From contig JAADVB010000080.1 of the NCBI GenBank assembly GCA_023334545.1, forward strand, positions 1-64,000: a stretch of DNA of 64,000 nucleotides. The letters run 5' to 3'. The position numbers were made by a program, and so were the translations under genes. The stretch is from Salisapilia sapeloensis CBS 127946. Its lineage: Eukaryota; Protista; Oomycota. Under the pieces are notes generated by a model. The model did no database searches. It saw only the letters and a program-made list of their open reading frames with translations, and was not told where the DNA came from. Positions 1 to 10,127 of this stretch are shown here, in pieces; positions within the stretch are counted from its first letter, which is position 1; every line of letters begins with the position of its first letter.

Positions 1-609
1 ATCTAGATAGAAGGTAGAAGTAGTCGCGTTACGATAAGGCTGTGATTTTAGTCCATTTTAAGATACGATAGAAAGCTTCCAAGTGAAGAACTTTCCTGGC
101 ACTCGACTGGAAATTTGCCAGAAATCTACCAGGAAAGCGGTTTCGCGGGACTCATCGCTGGGCTGATCTTTTGTCTACCTGTTTGTACTGTTTTATAGTC
201 TTATGTGCTAATATTAGCTCGACTAATTATTGCGCGTGGTGTGCAATTTTTCCTAGTATCGTATCTTTGGACTGGTGCAAGCGCACTTCTCCGTCGCAGA
301 GGTGCTATTGCACTATTAAAACGCTACTAGACTAAAAGTTGCGTACTCTTACGAATGAACACTAATGCATATATAGAAGCAATTTCTCAACTTGTTTACG
401 TCGTCTGGTAACCCTGCAACAAAAGTAAAAAATACTAGTGTCGCGCACTCTAGCCTAATAAATTGTCAAATATGATATCCGATCTGCGAATGCTTTTCCA
501 CGTCGATAATTAAATGTGGGAGGGTAGACTGTAGTGTGAACACGTACATAAAATTGAGCAATAGACAACAAAGAGCAAAACCGGAGAGATCGCATTTATC
601 AGCTCCAAG

Positions 610-1549
610 ATGGCGGAAGTAGACGTAAAGCCCACACCTTCCACGAAAAATGCACCTCCTGAAGTATCTGGAACGATCAGCTTGCCGACGAGCGAGATAA
701 ATACGCTGGATGAGCCTGTTTCGGCGACTATTGTACGTTACAGAGGTTTTTGTTAGCAGACAGTGTCCTAAATGAGCTTTTATGCGGAATATAGTTGCGG
801 GATCTGCGTCTAGTTGGCAGCAAGTTAAAAGTTGTGCTCATGCCTAGCAATACGTCCGAGGCAACACTGAAAGCTCTACGAGACTGTAAGCTCAAGAAAA
901 TTATTAAAAGAGTACTTGTGTATACTAAAGATGGAAATGGCATGAGAAGGGGATCTGTGGGGGCCATTGATGCTGTGTCTCTCGCTATCAATGTAAGCCT
1001 ATAATTGACTAGTATAATAGGTTGGTCATCGTATTAACGTCATTATGTACGCAGTATGCTAAGCGTTACGGCTCCTGACAACCAATCCGCCATGGTCTTT
1101 ACTGGCGTCTTTGTTGTCGTTTGGGCCGGTGCTGCCGTCGTCACTGTGAACGCTCAGCTCCTTGGTAGCACCATGTACTATTCTAACTTTTGCACAGTCC
1201 CGAATCGATCGTATTCACACAACACTTCCATAGCTCCTTCTTCCAAAGCGTCTGTGTTTTGGGATACTGCATCTTCCCACTGAACCTAGCGACACTCGTA
1301 TGCCTGTCTCTACGCCTGGTGTACTCCCACATTCTCCTGCGCCTAGCAATCGTGTCAATTGGCTTTATCTGGTCCACAAGAGGTACCTTCGATTACTTGC
1401 ACACATCCCATTCATTCAACTCACATAAACCAACCGCAGCGTCCGTCGTCTTCATGTCGACCCTGGTACCAGAGAAGCGCAAAGCCCTGACCGTGTACCC
1501 CGTGCTCCTCTTCTACCTGTTCATCTCGTGGATGGTCCTCATTCAATAA
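610..1549 (+). CDS. YIPF6: Yip1-domain Golgi membrane protein (YIPF6-like), 6 exons, 211 aa
   Basis: Exons 610-732, 795-885, 950-992, 1055-1174, 1234-1382 and 1440-1549 are all GT-AG and phase-consistent (636 nt). They give TLDEPVSATI-LRDL...LRDWDLWGPL and ISFFQSVCVLGYCIFPL, which are typical Yip1 motifs. Confidence 0.92.
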
Positions 1550-1561
1550 TCTAAGAAAATA

Positions 1562-1573
1562 CATTTGCCTTTT
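1562..1573 (+). promoter_or_regulatory. INR/FPR-like element in the 59-bp gap between YIPF6 and the tRNA-binding gene
   Basis: CATTTGCCTTTT is close to the oomycete INR+FPR consensus. Confidence 0.3.
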
Positions 1574-1608
1574 ATTTTCTTTGGAACAGCAAGTCGACAC
1601 AATTGAAA

Positions 1609-2364
1609 ATGAGTGGAAAGAGTGGTGTCGAGGAGCTCCAGACGCTCATTTCTGAGCTAGAAACCGACCTAGGCATCGATGCAAATGCCCCAGTAGATAC
1701 GCCGCCACTGCAGCAGGCTGGTGAGGGCAAAAAGAAGGGCAAAAAGGAGAAACAGCCGAAGCAGCCGAAGAAGGCTGCCAAGGCCGCTGACCCATCCCAG
1801 CCGGAGATTACCAAGCTAGACATTCGCGTCGGAAAGATCGTCAATGTGTGGAAGCACGAGACTGCAGACAAGCTCTATTGTGAAGAGATTGATGTTGGAG
1901 AGGAGAGTCCTCGTCACATTGCCAGTGGCCTCGTTCATCACTACTCGCTGGAAGAGATGAAGGACCGCTATGTCCTTGTCATGTGCAACCTCAAGCCTCG
2001 CAACCTCGTTGGCTTTAAGAGCCACGGTATGGTCATGTGTGCCGTTTCTCCTAACGATGACGGCACTGAGCGCGTGGCCTTCGTGGAACCTCCCGCTGAC
2101 ACACCCGTACGCTTTATATAAAGCATTTCCAATAGAATGAGCAATACATAACATGTATGACGATAGGCTGGCGAAAAGATCAAGTTTGACGGTCTTGACG
2201 GAGAACCGTTGACGCCTGCGCAGGTGGAAAAGAAGAAGGTTCTGGTGAACCTTGGACCGGACATGAAGACCGACGCCGACGGCATCGCCAAGTGGCAGGA
2301 CCACGTCTTCAACACGACCAAGGGTCCTTGCACAGCCCCCGTTCCAAACGGCATGATCCGATAA
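1609..2364 (+). CDS. EMAP-II/Arc1p/AIMP1-type tRNA-binding OB-fold protein, 2 exons, 231 aa
   Basis: Exons 1609-2106 and 2167-2364. Motifs LDIRVGKIV, HETADKLYCEEIDVGEE, IASGLV, VMCNLKPRNLVGFKSHGMVMCA and VEPPA, preceded by a Lys-rich linker. Confidence 0.88.
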
Positions 2365-2401
2365 GTAGAACACGAAAGACAATTTCGTTGCAATGCACAT
2401 G

Positions 2402-5400
2402 TTACGTGGACACCTCTTCTCTTGCTCTCTTCCGTCGCTTTTTCCCATGACTCGTCTTCTTCTTCTTACGCGACACGAACAGTTCCTCTTCCTCCTCCAG
2501 CTCTTCGTCTTCCATCGCCACTCGCTCGACCCGTTCCTCAATCGGATCCTTTTCCTCCAGCTCTTCGTCTTCAATTGCCACTCGTTCGACTTGCTCCTCA
2601 ATCGGATCATCTTCCTCCGCCTCTACCTCTTCCTGACGTACTCGGTGCTTCCTCTCCGCCTGACGAAGGTCATACTCGAATTCAATCGCTAGCTGCGGGT
2701 CGCTCGACAGAATCTGCGTCACCTCGTGCTTGTACAGCTTAAACAGTTCTTTTATGTAGTGCCGCAAGTGCCGCAGGACAGGACTGCGCACGCGTTCCAG
2801 TGTCCGCTTCAGCGTCATGAGGACAGGCACAACGTTCTCCAAGTAGTTTTTCTTGGACATCTTGCTAAGCAGCTTGCCCTTGGCCTTACGCAATTGCGTC
2901 CGTGCTTCTTCTTCCTCATCATCTTCTCCATCCTCGTCTGCACCTGCATTCAACTTGATGTCTGGAGAACACAATACAGCAAACGTGTCTTCCAGCACAG
3001 CTTCAAAGCCTGTCTCCTGGATATCTGCTGGGCTCAAGGCTAGTCTACACTTGCCATCACTAGCTGCCTCCAACACATCGTTACACAGACGCACGCACAC
3101 CTCGAGCTTCTGTTCATCCGACAGGTTCTCCAGAAAGAATTTGTACAACATAAAGCGCCGACTCTGGTGCCTCGCACCCGGTAGACTCAGTGCCTCCAAT
3201 TGCCTCTTCTCCTGCTTCGTTCCAGACAAGAGCGCTTTCTCATTTCCATTGAGCACCAGCAACATGTCTAGGAATCTAGACGTAAAGACATTTGGAGCCT
3301 TGTGGACAAGTCGAGAGACGATTATGTGTCGAGCTAACCCAGCAACTTCGTCGCTTTCATCCACAGCAGCTCGGAAGAAGAAGCGGACGAGAGAGTCTCG
3401 CCATTTGACATAGTCCTGCAGCACCAGCTGAGCTAATACGAGCAAACTGGATCGACGGACGAGAGGACTAGAGTCCAACAGGGACAAGGCAATCGTCGGG
3501 ATAAAGCCGTCCACAAGCGACGTGTATCGTACACACAAATCTGACAGAACCATTAAAGCATTCGAACGCACTTCGACACACTTGCTTGACCGTAACTCTC
3601 GCACCAACAGCTTCCGAACGTCCTTGGCCAGTACTTCATCCCGCAAACACACTTTTCCAACGCTCACAAAGGCGCAAATCCGGACTTCCTTTGGGATATC
3701 CACTGTTTCATCATCTTCACCTCCGACAGCCATCGTAGGAGGCAGCAGCAGCTGAACCTTGGAGACAAGCGGCAACGGTACTTCCAGCAAAGCCATCTCT
3801 GCTGGGTCTTTGCCAGATTCATCATCCGGTTTAAAGTCCAAGAGCACTAGTTCTCCCACAGTAGTCACAATACGCTGCATGTCCCCTGCTTGCTGCTCCA
3901 CTCTTTCGGCATCACTCGCAAGGTACTCGTCTATCTCCTTCTCTGCCTTAGCCAGTAGCTTTTGTCCCCACCTAGCGCTCTGGTCCTTACCCTTGCTGAC
4001 GCTCCAGATACTATGTAAGGCGTGCAGTGCATCTCCAATGACATGCAGAGGAACAGCAAATGAATTGAGAGACTTTTCAAGTTCGCCTGCTGTCCGTGAC
4101 GCATCTTCCCTATGGAACTCGGACGACACAGCGGCAATCACTCGTAAAACGTGTCTCGCCTGGTCGAAGAAGCTTTGTGGAAGCTTCTGCGCAGCCAATT
4201 GTCTCCAAGCATCTAAGATAGTCGACACTACCCCTTTCTCCTTTCGGCACACTTTCAAAAGTGCATCAGACCGAGATAGCTCCTCTAGCATGGCCCAACT
4301 GAAGCCCCAGTACTTTTGCTCTCCATCCGCCACACTCTTCTTCACGCCACGAACGCTCGACTTCACGATTTTCTTTGCATCCAATCGACCGCTCTTCATG
4401 AGCATCGACAGAGCATTCTGAGCAGAACGAGTGACACCTCCGTCGACTCTCTGAGCAAGGTCCCAGACAGTATCCAAGTCTCCAACATGCTCATTCGCAG
4501 AATCTAATCGACTCCATTTTAAAAGTCGGTAGAAGAGCACTTGATGCACCCAATCCAAAGCACTGCTCTGGACGCTGTTCTCCGGATCAGCACACAGAGG
4601 CAAGACTCCGATGAGCCACAAGCCTTGTAGCTCTGCGTCTTGAGGAAACGCCAGTAACAATGCAGATATAGACTTTAGAGCCTGCACACGAACACGAATG
4701 GACGAATGAGAGCAACAGGACTGGATCTCCAGCACATCACGTCGCATGGATGGCGGCAGCTGGCCTCGCTCTTGGCGAACAATCACCAGTGCCTCCACTG
4801 CCTGGATTGCAGCCTTTCGAACAAACGTCTTGTCGTCAACTAAACCACGACGGAAAAGCTCCAATAAATGTGGCATAAGCGTCTCCTCCCCATCGCTTTC
4901 GTCGTTCAAGAGCTCTCGCAATCCAACAGACAGAGGAGCATGGTATTCGTCTTCCAGAGACAGTCCAGCCGTGAGTAGAGCAGAAATACCTGCAATGGCT
5001 TTGGAGCGCACGGACGATGCTTTGTCCCTTGATCTCTCCACCAAGAGTTCCAGCAACGGCTTCAATCCAGTGTACCCTTTCAATTCATCTGACACGTCCG
5101 TGTCCATTGTCCAGAAACTAGACTCTAGCACCAACTTCCCAACGAGTTCAATGCCAAATTGCCGATTCTTAACCGTCTTGTGGTGACAGTAACTAGGCAG
5201 AAACTTTAGCAGCCGAGCTCGTTCTTCTGCATTGAACGCTGTCTCGACGTATCCATTGCCACCACCCATCGCAATCGTAAACAAGTACGGCAAGACCTTT
5301 TGTCGTTCATCTGCACGTCCAGGAGCAGACATACAAATGTTTTGTATAATGCCCAGACGAAGCAAAGAGCTAAAGTGAGCTACAGAAACATCGTCGTACA

Positions 5401-6490
5401 TGTCCTTCGTCTGAGCAATCATCTCACAATGTACTTGATCCAATATGTACAGAGATAGTTTATGAAAGCCTGCAGCACAACGGTTGTTAATACTGTTCTG
5501 TTCCTGGAAGGTCACGCCGCGAATGTATGCGTGGACGATGATTCTCGCCATGGCCACGACATCTCCGTGGTGGCCATTCATGAGCTGAAGAAGCATATTC
5601 GTCGCCTCTGCTGACAACGTTTCAGACGTGAAGCGAGAGAACATGTCAGTTGGTACTGTTAGTGACATGACGTGAAGACATAGAGCTGATTCAATCGTGG
5701 GTAGCAACGATTCTTTGCTGCCCGCTAGAGAAGCTCTCGTCACAAAGGATGCTAACGCCACCACGACTTCTTCACCTAGTCGTACCACTCGCGTTTGGGA
5801 TTTGTCTTGTCGTTCCTGATCGTCCTCTGAATTGCTGTGAAAGTCATCATGCGCTCTTCGTCGACGAGAATTTACGTTCTGCCGCATTGCTCGCTTACCA
5901 TGCTTGGCGGTCGTTGAATTTCCTGATATTGCCGCCTCTACTGCGCTCTTGTTGGTTATGTGAACCCATTTGCGCAGTACGTCGAGCGCAATTCGATATA
6001 GGCACGGCATGAACACGCCATAAGTCGAAACATCATGCTCTTGTATCCACGAGAAGTAGATTTTAGAGGCAACAAGCGCACGAGAGAGAGCTTCGTACTG
6101 CTCTTCTTTCGTTTTTAGTCGATGAAAGACTTCTCGAAGGTCCATTACGCAGTGCAGCAATGTCAATAGCAAACGATAGGCAGCATCAGGCGGGTTCTGA
6201 CCTTCGTATGCGTCATACATGACATTCATAGCACGATCCGATACCAAAAGCTCCATCAGAGGAGATTCTGTAGCATTATCCTGGTTGAAATATGGTGCTA
6301 ACGCACGATCAACGTCCCGTAGTGATCGAAGCGATATGCGCTGGACAAAGTCGCAGTGGAAGATAGGCTCCATAGACTCATAGTCGACTCTTACGGCCGT
6401 TCCACGAGTGTCAAATAGAGACTGCACTGCGAGTGAAGGAATGGAAGGCAGATCTAGTCTGGAAAGAGCCGTCAGTAGCGCTTCCTCCAT
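2402..6490 (-). CDS. NCAPD3: Condensin-2 complex subunit D3 (HEAT repeats, Cnd1 domain), apparently intronless
   Basis: The continuous ORF 2402-6619 has a likely start at MEEALL (6490). It contains ERSRDKASSVRSKA, DDKTFVRKAAIQ, VRSNALMVLSDLCVRYTSLVD, LVLQDYVKWR and KKNYLENVVPVLMTLKRTLE, with an acidic/basic C-terminal tail. Confidence 0.88.
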   Translation of the reverse strand: MEEALLTALSRLDLPSIPSLAVQSLFDTRGTAVRVDYESMEPIFHCDFVQRISLRSLRDVDRALAPYFNQDNATESPLMELLVSDRAMNVMYDAYEGQNPPDAAYRLLLTLLHCVMDLREVFHRLKTKEEQYEALSRALVASKIYFSWIQEHDVSTYGVFMPCLYRIALDVLRKWVHITNKSAVEAAISGNSTTAKHGKRAMRQNVNSRRRRAHDDFHSNSEDDQERQDKSQTRVVRLGEEVVVALASFVTRASLAGSKESLLPTIESALCLHVMSLTVPTDMFSRFTSETLSAEATNMLLQLMNGHHGDVVAMARIIVHAYIRGVTFQEQNSINNRCAAGFHKLSLYILDQVHCEMIAQTKDMYDDVSVAHFSSLLRLGIIQNICMSAPGRADERQKVLPYLFTIAMGGGNGYVETAFNAEERARLLKFLPSYCHHKTVKNRQFGIELVGKLVLESSFWTMDTDVSDELKGYTGLKPLLELLVERSRDKASSVRSKAIAGISALLTAGLSLEDEYHAPLSVGLRELLNDESDGEETLMPHLLELFRRGLVDDKTFVRKAAIQAVEALVIVRQERGQLPPSMRRDVLEIQSCCSHSSIRVRVQALKSISALLLAFPQDAELQGLWLIGVLPLCADPENSVQSSALDWVHQVLFYRLLKWSRLDSANEHVGDLDTVWDLAQRVDGGVTRSAQNALSMLMKSGRLDAKKIVKSSVRGVKKSVADGEQKYWGFSWAMLEELSRSDALLKVCRKEKGVVSTILDAWRQLAAQKLPQSFFDQARHVLRVIAAVSSEFHREDASRTAGELEKSLNSFAVPLHVIGDALHALHSIWSVSKGKDQSARWGQKLLAKAEKEIDEYLASDAERVEQQAGDMQRIVTTVGELVLLDFKPDDESGKDPAEMALLEVPLPLVSKVQLLLPPTMAVGGEDDETVDIPKEVRICAFVSVGKVCLRDEVLAKDVRKLLVRELRSSKCVEVRSNALMVLSDLCVRYTSLVDGFIPTIALSLLDSSPLVRRSSLLVLAQLVLQDYVKWRDSLVRFFFRAAVDESDEVAGLARHIIVSRLVHKAPNVFTSRFLDMLLVLNGNEKALLSGTKQEKRQLEALSLPGARHQSRRFMLYKFFLENLSDEQKLEVCVRLCNDVLEAASDGKCRLALSPADIQETGFEAVLEDTFAVLCSPDIKLNAGADEDGEDDEEEEARTQLRKAKGKLLSKMSKKNYLENVVPVLMTLKRTLERVRSPVLRHLRHYIKELFKLYKHEVTQILSSDPQLAIEFEYDLRQAERKHRVRQEEVEAEEDDPIEEQVERVAIEDEELEEKDPIEERVERVAMEDEELEEEEELFVSRKKKKTSHGKKRRKRAREEVST
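2493..2620. repeat. Imperfect 60-bp tandem repeat (about 2.1 copies) in the NCAPD3 C-terminal tail
   Basis: tcctccagctcttcgtcttcc/caa...atcggatc recurs with a 60-nt period and encodes DPIEEQVERVAIEDEELEEK / DPIEERVERVAMEDEELEEE. Confidence 0.9.
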
Positions 6491-6721
6491 CTCGAGACGG
6501 ATGTTGGACCGTGTTGTGTTCGAATGGAAATGGCGGGAATGAATAGTGCGAATAATTCGAGACACATACTGTATCTCAGGATGGAAATAGTGGTAGGAGA
6601 GTATCTTGAGACGCCGCATGTAGCCACATGCGGCCAGGATCCGTTTCGTGCCCGAAGGTGAAGTGGATGCTATTTATGCTCCTTTACTCACCCTTTAGAC
6701 TGCTGAAAAGTCTAGGGTGAT

Positions 6722-9389
6722 ATGAGCAGACTTACCTCCAACTATGCCGAGCAGTCTGCACATAACTTGCGGGGGAGCGTCGGAAGTGTGACGGAGGAAG
6801 AGGATGACCGATGGGGCCATGCGACTGACACTGAGAATGACTCGAGTGCGCGAAGTAAGGTAGCAAGCCAGTCTCCATTCATGGTACGGCAACTACAACG
6901 ACAACTCGTCACCGGTTTGTCGCCGATCGAGGAGATGCAAATCGCCCAGAATGAGCTACGAGTGAAAGCAGCAGCGCAATTGGTACGTTGACTTCCATCT
7001 TATAAAAGTCTGAATTTGACTTACTCCTTTGACTGCGCAGCCAAGCCGGCGACTTCAGAACAGTCTATCCAGCCTCATCACTACTCGGGACATTATCCAT
7101 AAGCTCCGAAAAGGACAAAAAGTAGCCCCAGACACACGTGTAGATGATTTTGACGACGAGAAAATGATTAAAGAGGTTGACCAGCTGACACCAGGTATTT
7201 CATACTCTGAAAAATTAAACCCAGCGTGTCTAGAAGCAGTTGTGATCTTTTGATACTAGCCGAGGCACTCGATTTTGTCGAGATCGCATCCAGGAACGAA
7301 AACGTCTTGTCACGTAAGAAGCAGCAGTACGATGAGATGTCCTTGCCATTCTACCTCATCTCGCCACACAGCAAGTTTAGAATGCGATGGGACGTCCTCG
7401 CTTTCTCGCTTATTACGTGTAAGTCGTTCATGCAATCGGATAGTCAAGAATACGTTTGAATTGATGTGGAAATTGATGATGTAGATAACGCTATCATGAT
7501 CCCGGTATGTCCACTACCTTGTTCGTATCGACTGCTTAAAGCGAAGATTTAATTCCTGCTTGACTGGTATGACTCTAGTTTCAACTGTCATTTTGGTACC
7601 ACATTCCGCTCAATGGGACTTCTCTGGAAACCTTTCATCGATTCGTGGACGGCTTCTTCTACGTCGACATTGTACCTCTACTTTTAAGAAATGCCAAGCT
7701 TGAGTACATACTGAGGCGTGTTTTAGGTTATCAACTTCTTTTCATCTTATGAAGTCAATGGCCGGATCGAAAACCGGTCCAAAGCCATCGCGAAAAGATA
7801 CATAAAGTCCTGGTTCCTGATCGACTTTATATCATCCTTCCCAGTCTACATCTTTCAAGGAAATGTCGGACGAATGCCGCAGCTAGCTCGTCTGTTCCGC
7901 CTCTTTCGTCTATTCAAGCTCATACGTATGCTTACGATCGTCCGCATCTTAAACAGGTATTAACTTATCTTGTTGTTTTGTATAAGAGTAAATTTCCACG
8001 TCTTGTGCCCTTGTAGACTAGAGTATGCACTCCTCATTCGATCCACTGTCAGTAGCATCGCCAAGTTTTTCCTAATCGTCTGCTTTACATCACATTGGCT
8101 CAGGTAAATCACTGTCTTCATTTCGACAACCGACGCGTCTAACTTCATCGTCCGGATGGCGTCGATGTACGTCTAGCTGTTCCTACTTTTGGATTTCTAT
8201 CGAACGACCTGACGGATGGGTAGCTTCCAACGGACTCGAGCACGCCAAGGTTTACGACAAGTACACGACTGCCTTCTATTGGTCCATCATGACAATGTAA
8301 GTAGAGCAGCACGTATCTAGCTCTTCGAACTCATTCATATTTTTCTCTAGGACGACGGTCGGGTATGGAGACATCTATCCAACGTCTACTGACGAGCGGG
8401 TATTCTGCATCTTCGGCATGCTGTTCGGTGCTTGGATCTTCACGTATGCCATCACGTCTGCCGTTGCAATGGTGGCCAACCTCAACGCTTCTAACAGCGA
8501 GTACCAGCTTCGGATGGACGAGCTGAACGACTACATGGAAGCACGAGAACTCCCGATGCCACTCCGATACGAGATTCGAGAGTTCTACTCTAACGCTCGC
8601 AGCTCGGAAGAATCCAAACTAGCGAACGAGTCTAAAATATTGGCCGAGCTCTCCGCCCTGCTTCGGTCCAAAGTCGCTTTCGCCATCAACGACCGAGCGC
8701 TAAGCCAAATGCCGTTCTTTGAAGGTGCTGACCATAACTTTCTCATGGAGCTGGCTTTGAGCATGCGCATGGTATGTCTTCCTCCAATGGAAGAAGTGAT
8801 TTTGGAAGGAGAGAAAGGAGAGGAGATGTTCTTCATCTTCCGAGGCGTCGTCGAGATCGAGCGTGGAGGGCAGCAGCTAGGAGTTTTAGGACAGAAGCAG
8901 TACTTTGGTGAAATGGCGCTGTTCAATCTGAACTGCCTACGCACAGCCACCGTCCGGACGCTCTGCTTTTGCGAACTGCGTATGCTGACCAGGGAAAAGT
9001 TTCTCATTGCGCTCACCCACTTTCCAGACATGAAGCAGCGGATCGCCAAGATCGTGGAGAAACGTGCAAAGGCGTCTTCGGCTTCTGTGCCCATGACCTC
9101 GTCTCCGTTGCCAGATGAAAGAGCGAGTATGGTCGAGGGATCGCTGGACAGGATGGCAGAATCGATTGTGAAGAACAGCAACGCTAATGCAACAACCGCA
9201 AGGCGCACAACGCCTCAGATGCTTTCCCGTGTATCCCAGATGAACACTCAGTTCTCCAACTCGATGCGTCTGTTGCAGGCAGAGGCCGATCTGAACTCGA
9301 TGCAAACGAGGCTCAAGACGATGGTGAAGCTCCAGGATGATCTAACAGTGACGGTGCAGGAGATGGAGATGGTGGGAGCAGGGCACTGA
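6722..9389 (+). CDS. Voltage-gated K+ channel with cyclic-nucleotide-binding domain (KCNH/HCN/CNG superfamily), multi-exon
   Basis: Spliced exons give S3 (KSWFLIDFISSFP), S4 (RLFRLFRLFKLIRML), pore TMTTVGYGDI, a C-linker, and a CNBD with FGEMAL...RTATVR. Phase-checked introns include 6983-7040, 7195-7259, 7419-7484, 7505-7578, 7672-7726 and 7957-8016; two more follow. Confidence 0.9.
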
Positions 9390-9463
9390 ACGTCAGCAAG
9401 AGTCGAATGGGAACGTTGACAGAGGCCAAGGACAATGCGTTCTATTCTTCTAGCTGCAACTGT

Positions 9464-10053
9464 CTACATGAGGTTGTTCGATTCGTCCGGAATCCGAACG
9501 GTAGTGCCTTCAAACGCTTCCGTGACTTCGATCTGGCATCCCAGTCGCGACCTACAGTCCACACCGTTAGAAAAGAGTATCTAAAGTGTTTCAATCAACA
9601 TCTTACGTGTCTGTGAGACCCCATGCCAGATCCAGCATGTCTTCTTCTTCTTCGCTGATCTCTGGCAGCTTCTCAAAGACATCCTCCTCGAAGATCAAGT
9701 GGCACGTCGAGCACGCAAGCTCATGACCACACGCACCTACACCGTCCTAGTTAATTTCTGATGCCTTATAAGATACAAATACTAGCTGCATCTGTACATT
9801 CAAGCTCAATGTCGTTGTCGTGTGCTACATCTGCTAACAAGTCGCCTTCTTGCGCTGAGACCTCGAACGCATCGCCATCACCGTCGATGAACGTGAAATT
9901 GACCTTTTCTCCCGTGGCGAACTTACGGTGCAATGGCACTTGAGCTGCGAAAGGAGCTTGCTCTCGAAGAACTGAGTTTGCTAGAAACTTGGGTCCCGTC
10001 CGGACGGCCGTCTGGCGCAGGGACCGACTTGCCACCGCACGAAGCGCATTCAT
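9464..10053 (-). CDS. Mitochondrial adrenodoxin-type 2Fe-2S ferredoxin, 3 exons, 157 aa
   Basis: Exons 10053-9798, 9736-9607 and 9551-9464 (474 nt). They encode an Arg-rich presequence, [34 protein letters not shown]. Confidence 0.92.
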
Positions 10054-10127
10054 GTCTTCCTCGTATTTCGGTGGTGATACAAAATGCAAGTTAAACATAC
10101 AAAAACGAGGTCATTCCTAGACAATTA

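Noticed and set aside
1-609. Possible minus-strand exons or short ORFs upstream of YIPF6
   Set aside because: No consistent reading frame or recognisable motif could be assembled; any gene would be truncated by the window edge.
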